Shown piece by piece: positions 17,562-28,387 of a stretch of DNA of 64,000 nt. Position 1 is the first letter of the stretch, and the number at the start of each line of letters is the position of its first letter. Position numbers and translations under genes: made by a program. Below the pieces are notes generated by a model. That model saw only the letters and a program-made list of their open reading frames with translations, did no database searches and was not told the origin of the DNA. The DNA comes from an uncultured Acidobacteriota bacterium (GTDB lineage: Bacteria; Acidobacteriota; Thermoanaerobaculia; Multivoradales; UBA5704), in contig CAVYRF010000002.1 of assembly GCA_963770895.1 (NCBI GenBank), positions 5,664,001-5,728,000 on the forward strand. Reading direction: 5' to 3'.

Positions 17562-18937
17562 GAGAACCCCCGGCTCCTCAGCTGCCGAGCTTTGATCGCC
17601 TCTTTGACCTGCTGGATGAAGTCCTGTGTGGGGCGGCCCTGCGGCGCAACGTGCCATTGAAGATCGTGGAACTCTTTGGGAATTCCGTTTGCCCCCTGCT
17701 CAATGTCGTCGATGGCGACGGGTAGGATGAATCGAGCCTCAGGGTCGACACCGCGATTCAGAGCCGATTTCCACTCGTTTCGATAGTGGCCTTCGTCGCG
17801 CCGGGCGGCCTCTTTCGACAGAAGCGGCAGGAACAGCGCACAGTCCGCAATGCGGCTCGGTATGGTGAGCGGCCACGCGTCACCTGTCGGCAGGCTATGT
17901 CTGTCCATCCACACTTCAACATTCTGGCTCACCAGAGCGGTGTACAGATTCTGTGCCGCCACCAGGTCCTCATTGGCATAGCTGAGGAACACCTTATTGC
18001 CTGCGGTCCGGCCGCCGCCGCTCGCCGCGCCGGGCGCAGACCCCGGTATGGGCGACGAGCCGCGCGGGCTCTCCTGCTGCCAGCGCGCGTAGAGCTCTGC
18101 GACGAAGGGCACCGGGTCGCCTGCGGGATGCGTCTCGATCCTGCACTGCCGCAAGAAGAGAGCGAGATCGAGATCGAGCTTGGCGCGGTGGTCGATCACG
18201 AATTTGGGTTCTTCCGAGGATAGAGGGCGATTGACCAGCATGCGCAGGAAACACCGTGCCAGCCCGTCGGGGAAGCCGCAACCGAGAAACAGCAAGGTGC
18301 GGTTCCGCAGCGCTTCGAACAGCGCAGGCAGCGTGCTTTCGCGCCGGTGCAGAGCATGCAGGAACTCCAGCGCGTCTTCCTCGGTGACCACATAGCCGCC
18401 CAGGCGGGAGATCCGGCCCAGGATCTGGAACACCTGGGCGTGCTCCAGGGCCCCGGGGGCACCGGAGAGGTCTTCGCGCGCCGAAGAGGTGGAGAAGCTC
18501 AACCTGCGGGTCTGCGGTTTGCCGCCGTAGCGCTCGCCGTCGATGGCGTTGGCGAGGAGCTCGTCGAAGGTGGTGCTGATGAAGAGCCGGAAGTCTGAGA
18601 TCGCGGCAAGTTGACGCAGCGGCTCGGGAACCGGCCACGTCCGTTCCTCCACCAGGCCCCGCAGGGTGGAATGCAGTTTGCGTCGAAGACCGCCTTGCTG
18701 CAGATAGGCGACCGCCACCTGGTTGAGGTCGACTGAAAACGGGAGTCCCGTGGTGTCGATGCTCAAGTCTCTCACCAGGCGCTGCGCGAGGTAGGGATCG
18801 AGGAGGGTCTGCTGTCCATCGATCGAGACGGTAAGGAGCTCCTTGCCGACGATCGGGACCACCTCACCGTCGCGGACCAGCTGCAAAAGGCCGGCCCAAT
18901 CGAAGGCTTGGCTCAGCGCCGAAGGCTCTCCGGTCAC
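17558..18937 (-). CDS. SIR2-like domain plus C-terminal TIR domain protein
   Basis: VVPIVG, FISTTFDELL and TLLFLGCGF (SIR2_2-like); KVFLSYANED..VWMDR..GDAW..YRNEW..FILPVAID (TIR). Start is uncertain (GTG 18937 or 18970). Confidence 0.8.
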   Translation of the reverse strand: MTGEPSALSQAFDWAGLLQLVRDGEVVPIVGKELLTVSIDGQQTLLDPYLAQRLVRDLSIDTTGLPFSVDLNQVAVAYLQQGGLRRKLHSTLRGLVEERTWPVPEPLRQLAAISDFRLFISTTFDELLANAIDGERYGGKPQTRRLSFSTSSAREDLSGAPGALEHAQVFQILGRISRLGGYVVTEEDALEFLHALHRRESTLPALFEALRNRTLLFLGCGFPDGLARCFLRMLVNRPLSSEEPKFVIDHRAKLDLDLALFLRQCRIETHPAGDPVPFVAELYARWQQESPRGSSPIPGSAPGAASGGGRTAGNKVFLSYANEDLVAAQNLYTALVSQNVEVWMDRHSLPTGDAWPLTIPSRIADCALFLPLLSKEAARRDEGHYRNEWKSALNRGVDPEARFILPVAIDDIEQGANGIPKEFHDLQWHVAPQGRPTQDFIQQVKEAIKARQLRSRGFS

Positions 18938-19456
18938 GTCATCGGTCCGCTTCTCTCCGCTCGAGGTCACCGTCGAATTTTTACAGTATATTTGCAATTC
19001 TAGCAGGCTGCGGCGACCGTTGGAAGAGCGCGCGGTCCGATCGGCAGGCTCCCAGGAGCGGGCGGAGGAGGCGCGCGCCGGGGACGGATGACTCCCCTTG
19101 CGTCCACCTACCCGCGGTGTGCATGGCGGACCCAGGCAGCTCGCGGCGTCGCGGTCCAGGAGCGCCAAAGCACCCCCATCTAAAGAGGCGACTGCACAAT
19201 GGCACGGCGGATCGATGCAGTGCGGTGCGTAAGTGCATGAGTGCATGAGGTTGACAGAAGAAACTGAAGCAACTAACATCCGGCAGTTTACCCACACACT
19301 TCGCCGTGTTCACCACCTTCGCCCCCGGCTCAACCAGAACCCGCGCCAGCGTGTCGAAGGAAGAAGTGTGCCTGATGCTTGCGCCAGGATAGGCCATAAG
19401 GGTATGCATGTATACTTTGGTGCCCAGGGTTCGCGGCGAGGTCGGGACGGTAGTTC

Positions 19457-19485
19457 TTGACATCGCAATATATATAAACAAGAAT
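19457..19485 (+). promoter_or_regulatory. Sigma70-type promoter of the small peptide gene
   Basis: Perfect TTGACA-N17-AAGAAT in an AT-rich island just upstream of the AAGGAGGT RBS. Confidence 0.55.
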
Positions 19486-19508
19486 TTAAACAAGGAGGTG
19501 AACAAAGG

Positions 19509-19664
19509 ATGTCCAATGCATTCAAGGCGGTCCTGCTGCTCCTGGGTTTGGCCGGGCTTTTCGCCTTTGGCCTCTCTGCCCAAACCGACACGAACGCAAA
19601 TGAGAGGGCGCATTCTCCGCACACCAGCCAGGATCCGAACGGCGGCAATGGCGGTCCCCTCTAG
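19509..19664 (+). CDS. 51-aa secreted peptide with DPNGG motif (not in the ORF track)
   Basis: MSNAFKAVLLLLGLAGLFAFGLSA|QTDTNANERAHSPHTSQDPNGGNGGPL*. Perfect SD AAGGAGGT at 19492-19499; Sec-type signal peptide. Confidence 0.75.
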   Translation: MSNAFKAVLLLLGLAGLFAFGLSAQTDTNANERAHSPHTSQDPNGGNGGPL

Positions 19665-19705
19665 ACTCAATAGATCTCGATCGCTGGAATTCGACTAGGC
19701 CCGAT

Positions 19706-19757
19706 GGCCCCCAAAGGCAAGTCCCCGGTCGTTGGCCGAGGATCTCCGTTGGGGGCC
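19706..19757 (+). terminator. Hairpin downstream of the peptide gene, putative terminator or stabiliser
   Basis: GGCCCCCAA...TTGGGGGCC stem with additional inner pairing; only a weak U-tract follows. Confidence 0.4.
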
Positions 19758-19941
19758 TTGTGCGTCCAATCCCGGATCCCGTCCCATCGCGCGGTCACCG
19801 GCTGGAAGGCGGATTGAGCACCGGTTGACGCACCGGTTGCGGCCGTTGGTTCATCGGCCCGGCAGGGGAGCCGGAGCCGGCCCGTAGAGCCGCGCGCGGC
19901 CTCCCCCGAGCCTCAGTTTTGTGTTACCTTGGCCGCGGCTT

Positions 19942-20892
19942 ATGCCGACCGCCGACGCCTTCGACGAACCTCTCGTCCAGCTCCGCCGCAGGATTCAAGA
20001 GCTCGAGCGCTTTCCGCAGGGGAGCGGTCAGGACAAGGAGCTGGATCGCCTGCGGGCGACGCTCAAAAAGACCACCTCAGAGGTGTATGGCGGCCTGACG
20101 CGCTGGCAGAAGCTGCAGGTGGCCCGGCATGCCGAGCGGCCGTACACGCTCGACTACGTGCGGTACCTGATGACCGATTGGGTGGAGCTGCATGGCGACC
20201 GCGCGTACAGCGACGACGCGGCGATCGTCGCCGGCCTGGCTACCTTTGCCGGGCGCAGCGTGGCGGTGATCGGCCATCAGAAGGGGCGGGACACGCGCGA
20301 GCGCATCCATCGCAACTTCGGCCAGCCGCGGCCCGACGGCTACCGCAAGGCGCTGCGCATCATGAAGCTGGCGCAAAAGTTCGGCCGCCCGGTGCTGACC
20401 TTTGTGGACACCGCCGGCGCCTACCCCGGCATCGACGCGGAAGAGCGCGGCCAGGCCGAGGCGATCGCCCGCAACCTGCTGGAGATGTCGCACCTGGAAG
20501 TGCCGATCGTGGTCACGATCACCGGCGAGGGGGGCAGCGGCGGCGCCCTGGCGCTCGGCATCGGCGACCGCGTCTACGTGCTGGAGTACGGCACCTATTC
20601 GGTGATCTCGCCCGAAGGGTGCGCCGCCATCCTGTGGAAGGATCAGGAGCGCAAGGCCGATGCGGCGGAAGCCATGCGCCTGGCGGCCCCGGACCTGCTC
20701 GACCTGGGCATCGTGGACGGCATCATCGCCGAACCGCCCGGCGGCGCGCACACCGATCCGGAGGCCACCTGCCAGCGGGTGGGTGACACCCTGGCGGCCG
20801 CTCTCGACGAGCTCGAGCAGCTGAGCGTCGACGAGCTGCTGGCACGCCGCTACGACCGCTTCCGCTCGCTCGGCGCGTTCGACCAGCGATGA
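19942..20892 (+). CDS. accA: Acetyl-CoA carboxylase carboxyltransferase alpha
   Basis: ARHAERPYTLDY, ELHGDR, GHQKGRD, DTAGAYPG and GEGGSGGALA. Confidence 0.97.
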   Translation: MPTADAFDEPLVQLRRRIQELERFPQGSGQDKELDRLRATLKKTTSEVYGGLTRWQKLQVARHAERPYTLDYVRYLMTDWVELHGDRAYSDDAAIVAGLATFAGRSVAVIGHQKGRDTRERIHRNFGQPRPDGYRKALRIMKLAQKFGRPVLTFVDTAGAYPGIDAEERGQAEAIARNLLEMSHLEVPIVVTITGEGGSGGALALGIGDRVYVLEYGTYSVISPEGCAAILWKDQERKADAAEAMRLAAPDLLDLGIVDGIIAEPPGGAHTDPEATCQRVGDTLAAALDELEQLSVDELLARRYDRFRSLGAFDQR

Positions 20893-22685
20893 GCGCCATC
20901 GCCGGCGGCGCAGGCGGCTCTGTCGGCCTCGCCGCCAGCGATGCCGGCACCTCCACCGCCGCCGCGGGCGCTGACGGCGCCGGCGTCTCCAATGCGGCCG
21001 GGGAACGCCTGCCGGTGCGCTGGGAGCAGGCCGCGGGCTCGGCGGCGGCCGCCGACCTGGCCGGTTCGGGCTTCCCTTCGTGGATGGCGGAGCTGCTGGC
21101 GCGGCGCGGGGTTGCCGACCGCGGCGACGCGGCGCGCTTTCTGGCGCCGTCGCTCGACCAGCTGCACGATCCGCTGCGGCTTGCCGGCATGGAGCCGGCG
21201 CTGGCGCGGCTGCTGGCGGCGCGCGCCGCGGGCGAGCGCGTGGCGATCGTCGGCGACTACGACGTGGACGGGATCAGCGCCACGGCGCTGCTGGCGGCGG
21301 TGCTGGCGGCGTGCGGCATCGATGCGCGGCCGATCCTGCCGCACCGGCTGCGCGAGGGCTACGGGTTTCAGCCGCTGCACGTGGCGCGCGCCGTCGAGCT
21401 CGGCTGCCGGCTGATCGTCACCGCCGATTGCGGCAGCTCGGCCGGCGACGCGGTGGCGGCCGCCCTGGCCGCCGGCCTGGACGTGGTGATCACCGACCAT
21501 CACGTGCCGGGCGGCGCGCTGCCCGGCGCCGCGATGCAGATCAACCCGCGCCAGGAGGCGTGCTCCTATCCGTTCCGCGACCTTGCCGCGGCGGGGCTGG
21601 CCTTCAAGCTGGCGACGGCGCTGGCCGAACGTTGCGGACGGCGGATCGACCCTTTGCGCCTGCTGAGCGTCGCCTGCCTGGGGACGATCGCCGACCTGGT
21701 GCCGCTGCACGGCGAGAACCGCGTCATCGCCGCGCTCGGCCTGGGCGCCCTGGCGTCGTCGCAGTCGCACGGCCTGCGGGCGCTGATGCAGCAGGCGGGC
21801 ATGCGGCCGCCCTACACGGCGGCGGACGTCGGCTTTCGCCTGGGCCCGCGGTTGAACGCGGCCGGCCGGCTGCACGACGCCGGCGCCGCGCTGGAGCTGC
21901 TGATGAGCCGCGACCCCGATCGCGCCTCGGCGCTGGCGGTGGAGTTGGACGGCTGGAACCGCGAACGCCAGGCGCACGAGCTCAGGGTGGTGGAGGAGGC
22001 GCGGCGCCAGATCGACGCGCGGCAGCCGCTGCCGTCGATCCTGGTGGCGTGGAGCGCGGACTGGCACAAGGGGGTGGTGGGCATCGCCGCCGGCCGCATC
22101 GCCAAGGAATTGCACCGGCCGACGGTGCTGTTGACGGTGGAGGGTGCGGTGGCCAGCGGTTCGGGCCGCAGCGTGCCCGAAGTTGCGCTGCACGCCTTCC
22201 TGAGTCCGTGGCAGTCGCGCCTCCAGCGCTTCGGCGGCCACTCCCAGGCGATCGGCCTGGCGGTCGATTGCGATTGTCTCGAACAGCTGCGCGACGAATG
22301 GGAGCGGTCGGCGGCCACGGCCTGGCAGCCGGCGTGGATCGAAAAGCGCCACGTCTACGAGCTGGCCCTGCCGCCGCACGCGGTGTCGGGCGAGCTGGTC
22401 GGCGAGATCCGCCGCCTGGAACCGTTCGGCATGGCCAACCCGCAACCGCTGCTGCGCGTCGGGCCGATGCGCCTGCGCCAGGCGCCTCGCCTGTTCGGCA
22501 AGGGGCACCTGGCGGCGCAAGGCGAAGGGGAAGACGGCGGGCGGGTGGAGCTGCTCGGCTGGAACTGGGCCGAGCGCGCCGGCGACCTGGGCGGGACCTT
22601 CGAAGTGCTGGCCCACGCGGACATCGACGGCTGGCACGGCGGACCGGTGCTGCGCCTGCTGGACAGCCGGCCGGTGGTGGCGTGA
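20889..22685 (+). CDS. recJ: ssDNA exonuclease RecJ
   Basis: GDYDVDG, TADCG, TDHH, GTIADLVPL, GPRLNAAGR, GSGRS, FGGH and LEPFG..NPQP. Confidence 0.95.
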   Translation: MSAIAGGAGGSVGLAASDAGTSTAAAGADGAGVSNAAGERLPVRWEQAAGSAAAADLAGSGFPSWMAELLARRGVADRGDAARFLAPSLDQLHDPLRLAGMEPALARLLAARAAGERVAIVGDYDVDGISATALLAAVLAACGIDARPILPHRLREGYGFQPLHVARAVELGCRLIVTADCGSSAGDAVAAALAAGLDVVITDHHVPGGALPGAAMQINPRQEACSYPFRDLAAAGLAFKLATALAERCGRRIDPLRLLSVACLGTIADLVPLHGENRVIAALGLGALASSQSHGLRALMQQAGMRPPYTAADVGFRLGPRLNAAGRLHDAGAALELLMSRDPDRASALAVELDGWNRERQAHELRVVEEARRQIDARQPLPSILVAWSADWHKGVVGIAAGRIAKELHRPTVLLTVEGAVASGSGRSVPEVALHAFLSPWQSRLQRFGGHSQAIGLAVDCDCLEQLRDEWERSAATAWQPAWIEKRHVYELALPPHAVSGELVGEIRRLEPFGMANPQPLLRVGPMRLRQAPRLFGKGHLAAQGEGEDGGRVELLGWNWAERAGDLGGTFEVLAHADIDGWHGGPVLRLLDSRPVVA

Positions 22686-22762
22686 CCGCGCCCGGCCGGT
22701 GGGGTGCTCCCTGCGACGCGGGGCAAGCATCCCGGCGATCGAACCCGTAAAATGACTCGCAT

Positions 22763-25534
22763 ATGGCCCGCCCGACCACCCGCCGAACGCTGACCCGCTT
22801 TCGGGTGCTGCTGATGCTGAGCCTGCTCGCCGCGGTGGCGATCGTCGTCGTCCTCTACATGTTCGGGCGCGCCGGCGCCAACCGCCCCCACCGCGCCAGC
22901 AGCGATGCGCCGGCGTTCGAAGAGGGGACGCGGATGATCGGCAAGGACTTCGACTACACCTTCACCCAGGGGGAGAAGTCGGTGTTCCGCGTGGTCGGCA
23001 ACAGCGTGCGGGTGGACAAGAACGATACGGTGTTCCTCGAAGACGTCTCGATCACCCTCTACGACAAGGAAGGGCGCCGCTTCGACGCCGAAAGCGACCA
23101 CGGCAGCATCAACCGCTCCACCAATGAGGGCATGCTGTGGGGCGACGTGTCGATGAAGGGGCCGTCGCAGCTGGAGATCTATTCGGCGCAGCTGCTCATC
23201 CAGCAGAAGGGGAACCTCCTGGTGACCCCGCGCGTGGCGCGCGTGCTGTATGCCGGCAAGTATTTCGGGCGTTGTGATTCGCTGCAGGCATGGCTGCCCG
23301 ACCAGATCTATTCGATGGTCGGCAACGTCCGCATTGAGACCTTCCCCGAAGTGCAGCCGCCGCTCAGGCTGGAGGCCGATCGCGCGTTCTACGAGCGCAA
23401 GAAGCGCTTGATCACCGTGCAGGACGGCGCCGAGCTGCACCGCGGCGCCGGCATCCTGGACGCCGACCACATCACCGGCCAGCTGTCCGACGACGAATCG
23501 TCGCTGACCTTCGTGCGCGCCACGACCGACGTGACCGGCGCCACCGCCGAAAACGAAACGCCCGGCGCGACGCGCCAGACGTGGGAAGGCAACGACCTGG
23601 CCGTGCTGCTGACGCCCAAGGGGAGCCTGGTGCGGCAGATCGACCTGAACGGCGTGCCCGGCAAGCCTGCCGTGCTGCATTCGATCGGCCCGGTCCTGTC
23701 GCGCACGCTGACCGCGCCGCACATCGACGGCGAGCTGGCAGAAAAGGACATCCTGCGCACGGCGCATGCCGCGGGCGGCGTCGACATCGAAGAGATCGGG
23801 CCGCCGCCGGCGCAGCCGGGCAAGGCGGGCGCGCCGGCGGCCGCCGGGCCGGCGGCAAAGGCAGCGCCGCAACCTGCAGGCAGAGCGGCCGCGGCAGGCA
23901 AGGGCACGGCGCCGGCGACAGTGGGCGGGGCCGGCGGGGCCAGGCCAGGTGCGCCGGCGGCGGCAGCCAAGGCGGGCAGCGCGGCGGCGGCGGCAAAAGG
24001 CGGTGCGGGAGCCGCCGCGGTCGCCGGCAAGGCGCCCAACGGCGCGGCGGCGGCCGGCGCCGGCCGCCGGGGCGGCGCGGCGGCGGCAAAGACGCAGCAG
24101 GCCGCGGCGCCGCAACCGGCGGTGCGCCATGCCCGCGGCGAGCGCGCCGACGCGACGTTCCGGACCGACGGCCAGATCGAGACGGTGAAGCTGACCAAGG
24201 ACGTGTCCTACAGCGACGACGAGGTCAACGCCACCGGCGACCGCGCCAACATGGACCTGGACGCCGGCCACGGCGACTTCTACGGCACGCCGGTGCACGT
24301 CGTCAGCAAGCGCGGCCAGATGCGCGCGCCGCACGTGATCTACACCTCGGCGGACGCCCTGCTGCACGCCGTCGAGGGGGTGAGGGCGCAGATCGAGCAG
24401 CAGAACGACGCCAACCTGGCCGGCTCGGTTCTGGGGGAGGGCAAGGGGCCGGTGATGGTGGAGTCGTCGGAGGCGTACTGGCGCCGCCCCGAATCGTCCT
24501 TCATCTTCCGTGGCGACGTGCGCGCCTGGCGGGGCGACAATCTGCTGCTGACCCCCGAGCTGATTGGCGACAGCCTGCCGGCCGGCAACGAGCTGACGGC
24601 CGTCACCGGCGTCAAGACCGTCTGGATCCCGGTGCAGGGCGAAAAGTCGAAATCGGGCAGCGGCGGCGGCGCCAAGAGCGGCGGCGCGGGCGGGGGAGGT
24701 GGCGGCACCGGCACCGCGCAGGCGGCCTCGACCGCCAAGGGCGCCGCTGCCGGGGCGGCCGCCAAGCCTGCCAAATCTGCCACGACGCCGGCGGCCACTG
24801 CAGCCGCCAAGCCCGCCGCCGCCAAGACGGCGATGGCGCCGGAGCGCAGCAGCGGCGGCCCGATCACCGTGCTGGCGACCAACATGTACTACCACGACTT
24901 CACCGGCCTGCTGACCTACAAGGGCAACGTCCACGTCGATCAGGACACCAAGACCCTCACCTGCCAGCAGCTCGACGTGAACCTGGACAAGGACCACAAG
25001 GCCGAAAAGATGACCTGCACCGGCGACACCCATTTCAACGACCCGGCGACCGGGCGCAAGATCGACGGCCAGACCGCCATCTACCGGGTCGAGATCCGCA
25101 AGATCGACGTGCTGGGCGAACCGGTGGTGATGCACGACCGGGACGGCAGCCTGGTGCACGGCAAGCGGCTGCGCTACTCGATCGACGACGGCAAGGTCGA
25201 GGTGCTGGGCAAGAACGACGGCCCGATGCCGGCGCCTCCGGCGACGGTCTCCTCGGCCACGGCGGTGGCCGCGGCGACCGCGGCGGGCGTGCCGGGGGAG
25301 CCCGGCCTGCCGGGTACGGCCGGCGGTGACACCACCACGGCGGGTGCGCCCGCGACTGGCGCGGCGGGTGCCCCGCCGACCGGCCCACCGGGCGAAACGG
25401 GCACGGCCACGACGGCCCCGGTTCCCCCTGGCGCGAGCGGCGGGGCGGGCAGCGGGAGCGCGACGACGACGGCGCCCTTGCCGCCGCCGGCGGGCGGGTC
25501 CCCCGCAACGGCGGGCGCAGGGGGCGTACGATGA
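22763..25534 (+). CDS. LptC/LptA-like fused beta-jellyroll LPS transport protein with low-complexity inserts
   Basis: N-terminal TM, repeated OstA-like segments ([15 protein letters not shown]), directly upstream of lptB. Confidence 0.75.
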   Translation: MARPTTRRTLTRFRVLLMLSLLAAVAIVVVLYMFGRAGANRPHRASSDAPAFEEGTRMIGKDFDYTFTQGEKSVFRVVGNSVRVDKNDTVFLEDVSITLYDKEGRRFDAESDHGSINRSTNEGMLWGDVSMKGPSQLEIYSAQLLIQQKGNLLVTPRVARVLYAGKYFGRCDSLQAWLPDQIYSMVGNVRIETFPEVQPPLRLEADRAFYERKKRLITVQDGAELHRGAGILDADHITGQLSDDESSLTFVRATTDVTGATAENETPGATRQTWEGNDLAVLLTPKGSLVRQIDLNGVPGKPAVLHSIGPVLSRTLTAPHIDGELAEKDILRTAHAAGGVDIEEIGPPPAQPGKAGAPAAAGPAAKAAPQPAGRAAAAGKGTAPATVGGAGGARPGAPAAAAKAGSAAAAAKGGAGAAAVAGKAPNGAAAAGAGRRGGAAAAKTQQAAAPQPAVRHARGERADATFRTDGQIETVKLTKDVSYSDDEVNATGDRANMDLDAGHGDFYGTPVHVVSKRGQMRAPHVIYTSADALLHAVEGVRAQIEQQNDANLAGSVLGEGKGPVMVESSEAYWRRPESSFIFRGDVRAWRGDNLLLTPELIGDSLPAGNELTAVTGVKTVWIPVQGEKSKSGSGGGAKSGGAGGGGGGTGTAQAASTAKGAAAGAAAKPAKSATTPAATAAAKPAAAKTAMAPERSSGGPITVLATNMYYHDFTGLLTYKGNVHVDQDTKTLTCQQLDVNLDKDHKAEKMTCTGDTHFNDPATGRKIDGQTAIYRVEIRKIDVLGEPVVMHDRDGSLVHGKRLRYSIDDGKVEVLGKNDGPMPAPPATVSSATAVAAATAAGVPGEPGLPGTAGGDTTTAGAPATGAAGAPPTGPPGETGTATTAPVPPGASGGAGSGSATTTAPLPPPAGGSPATAGAGGVR

Positions 25535-26265
25535 GCGAGGAGCCGCAGCGGCTCTACACCGAGAACCTGCGCAAGGTCTATCGCGGCCGGGCGGTGGTCA
25601 ACCAGGTGTCGATCGAAGTGCATCCCGGCGAGATCGTCGGCCTGCTCGGCCCCAACGGCGCGGGCAAGACGACCACCTTCTACATGGTGGTCGGGCTGAC
25701 CACCCCGGATACCGGCACCGTGTACCTGGGCGACGAGGACATCACCGACCTGCCGATGTACCTGCGCGCCCAGCGCGGCATCAGCTACCTGCCGCAGGAG
25801 CCGTCGATCTTCCGCCGCATGTCGGTCGAGGACAACCTGCGCGCCATCTTCGAGACCCTGGACCTGGCGCACGCCGAGCAGGAGCGGCGCATCGACCAGC
25901 TGGTCACCGACTTCGGTCTGACCAAGGTGCGGCGCAACCGCGGCTTCTCGCTGTCGGGCGGCGAGCGCCGGCGGGTGGAAATCGCCCGCGCCCTGGTCAT
26001 CAGCCCTTGGTATATCCTTCTGGACGAGCCCTTCGCGGGCATCGATCCGATCGCCGTGCTGGACATCCAGGGCATCATCCGGCACCTCAAATCGATGGGC
26101 ATCGGGATTCTCATCACCGACCATAACGTGCGGGAAACATTGAAAATAACCGACAGAGCCTATATCATCAACAATGGCGAGATTCTGCGCGCGGGCACGC
26201 CCCACGACCTCTCTACCGACGAGCAGGTCCGCAAGATCTACCTCGGCGAAGACTTCACCCTGTAA
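25531..26265 (+). CDS. lptB: LPS export ABC ATPase
   Basis: [47 protein letters not shown] and TDHNVRETL. Confidence 0.97.
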   Translation: MSEEPQRLYTENLRKVYRGRAVVNQVSIEVHPGEIVGLLGPNGAGKTTTFYMVVGLTTPDTGTVYLGDEDITDLPMYLRAQRGISYLPQEPSIFRRMSVEDNLRAIFETLDLAHAEQERRIDQLVTDFGLTKVRRNRGFSLSGGERRRVEIARALVISPWYILLDEPFAGIDPIAVLDIQGIIRHLKSMGIGILITDHNVRETLKITDRAYIINNGEILRAGTPHDLSTDEQVRKIYLGEDFTL

Positions 26266-26280
26266 GGCTCCCCCCATCGC

Positions 26281-27801
26281 ATGGCCTTAGAGCAAAAACT
26301 CTCCCTCAAGCTGGCGCAGCGGCTGGTCATGACGCCGTCGCTCCAGCAGGCGATCAAGCTGCTGCAGATGACCCGGATGGAGCTCGACACCCTGCTGACG
26401 CAGGAGCTGGTCGAGAACCCGGTGCTCGAAGAGTCGGCCGAAGCGGCGGACAACCCGGAGACCCCCGAAGAGGAAGCCGAGGCGCCCCGCGAAGAGCGCA
26501 AGGAGGCGGCCACCACCGAGGAGCTGAACCACGGCGAATCGATGGAGAACATCGACCTGGACGCCTATTTCGGCGACTACTGGGAAGGGTCCGGCTACTC
26601 CTCGATGATGGAGGAGCGGGACGAGCTGCCGATTGAAAACAGCCTGAGCCGCGAGCCGGACCTGTACGACCACCTGCTGTGGCAGCTGCACATGGCGGAG
26701 GTGGCGCCGCGCCTGCGCGAAATCGCCGAGCTGATCATCGGCAACCTCAACCCCGACGGATTTCTGGTGGCGACCATCGAAGAGATCCGCGCCATGGGCG
26801 ACGCCGTGGCGGCCGACGCGGTGACCGGGACGCCCTCCTCCAACGGCAAGTCCGCCAACGGCTGCCCCTACGCCCAGGAAGAGGTCGCCGCGGCGCTGGA
26901 GCTGGTGCGCGGCTTCGATCCGCCGGGGATCGCCTGCCACGACCTGCGCGAAAGCTTGCAGCGCCAGATGGACGTGCTGGAGGTGCCGCCGGATGCGCTG
27001 GCGCGGCGGGTCCTGGGCGAAGCATGGGAGCTTTTCTTGCGCCGCCAGTTTCCGGCCGTCGCCAAGAAGGTGGGCGTCGAGCTGGCCGCCCTGGAAGAGG
27101 CGGTGGAGCTGATCCGCACGCTGGAAACCAACCCCGGTCGCAAGTTCAGCACCGAGCGCCCGCACTACATCGAACCGGACGTGTTCGTGCGCCGGGTCGG
27201 CGACGAATACGTGATCCAGCTCAACGACGACGGGCTGCCGCGCCTGCGCGTCAGCCGCTCCTACCGGCGCATGCTGCAGACCATGCGCACGGAAGGCCGC
27301 CAATCCGAAGCGCAGCAGTTCATCAAGGACAAGATCCGCTCGGCGGTGTGGCTGATCAAGAGTCTGGACCAGCGGCAACGCACCATCTATAAGGTCGCCT
27401 CCTCGATCGTGCGCCAGCAGCGCGAGTTCCTCGATCAGGGCATCGACCATCTGCGTCCGATGGTGCTGCGCGACGTCGCCGAAGACATCGGCATGCACGA
27501 ATCGACGGTCAGCCGCGTGGTGTCCAACAAGTACATCCACACCCAGCGCGGCCTCTTCCCGATGAAGTTCTTCTTTCACAGCGGCATCGATCGCGAGTAC
27601 GGCGACAACATCTCGTCGCTCACCGTCAAGCGCAAGATCGAGCAGATGATCCAGGCCGAAGACCCCAAGCGTCCGCTCTCCGACAGTGAGCTGATGCGCA
27701 TCCTCAACCGAGAGGGGATTCAGATCGCCCGACGGACCGTGGCCAAGTACCGTGACGAGCTCAGCATCCCCTCTTCCACCGACCGCAAGCAGGTCTTTTA
27801 G
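26281..27801 (+). CDS. rpoN: RNA polymerase sigma-54
   Basis: MTPSLQQAIKLLQ, HESTVSR and RpoN box ARRTVAKYR. Confidence 0.98.
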   Translation: MALEQKLSLKLAQRLVMTPSLQQAIKLLQMTRMELDTLLTQELVENPVLEESAEAADNPETPEEEAEAPREERKEAATTEELNHGESMENIDLDAYFGDYWEGSGYSSMMEERDELPIENSLSREPDLYDHLLWQLHMAEVAPRLREIAELIIGNLNPDGFLVATIEEIRAMGDAVAADAVTGTPSSNGKSANGCPYAQEEVAAALELVRGFDPPGIACHDLRESLQRQMDVLEVPPDALARRVLGEAWELFLRRQFPAVAKKVGVELAALEEAVELIRTLETNPGRKFSTERPHYIEPDVFVRRVGDEYVIQLNDDGLPRLRVSRSYRRMLQTMRTEGRQSEAQQFIKDKIRSAVWLIKSLDQRQRTIYKVASSIVRQQREFLDQGIDHLRPMVLRDVAEDIGMHESTVSRVVSNKYIHTQRGLFPMKFFFHSGIDREYGDNISSLTVKRKIEQMIQAEDPKRPLSDSELMRILNREGIQIARRTVAKYRDELSIPSSTDRKQVF

Positions 27802-27829
27802 CGCAAGGGTCCGCCAGGAAGGGGAAAGC

Positions 27830-28387
27830 ATGCAAATCGACTACACCTGCCGCAACACCCAGCTCAGCGACGATCTCCGAGACCACATCCAACAAAAGTT
27901 GCTCAAGGTGTCCAAGTTTGTCGAAGAGCCGGTCGACGTCAAGATTCTTCTTGAGATCGAGAAGCACCGCCACATCGTCGACCTTCACATTTCGCATCGC
28001 CTGGGCATCCTGCAGGCGACGGAAGAAAACGACGGCAGCCTGCAGGACGCGCTCAACCTGGCGGTGGAGCGGGCCGAAAAGCAGGCGCGCCGCTCGCGCA
28101 AGAAGCTGGTGGACACCCGGCGGCGCGCCGATCGCATCGAGCGCGGCAACGGCCATCGCTGGCCGGTCGAAGTGCTCGACCGCGCGTCCGTCGGCGGCGG
28201 CGCGACGCCGCGCGTCGTCGAGACGACCCACCTGCCGATCAAACCGATGACGATCGAAGAGGCGGCGATGCAGCTGGAAACCGCGGAGCACGGGTTCGTG
28301 GTGTTCCGCGACGCGCACAGCGATCGCCTCAGCGTCCTGTTCCGGCGGAAGGACGAAAACTACGGTCTGATCGCCCCCGAGCCGTGA
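27830..28387 (+). CDS. hpf: Ribosome hibernation promoting factor (long HPF)
   Basis: ATG at 27830 follows rpoN; C-terminal KPMTIEEAAMQL..FVVFR..YGLIAP. Confidence 0.9.
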   Translation: MQIDYTCRNTQLSDDLRDHIQQKLLKVSKFVEEPVDVKILLEIEKHRHIVDLHISHRLGILQATEENDGSLQDALNLAVERAEKQARRSRKKLVDTRRRADRIERGNGHRWPVEVLDRASVGGGATPRVVETTHLPIKPMTIEEAAMQLETAEHGFVVFRDAHSDRLSVLFRRKDENYGLIAPEP

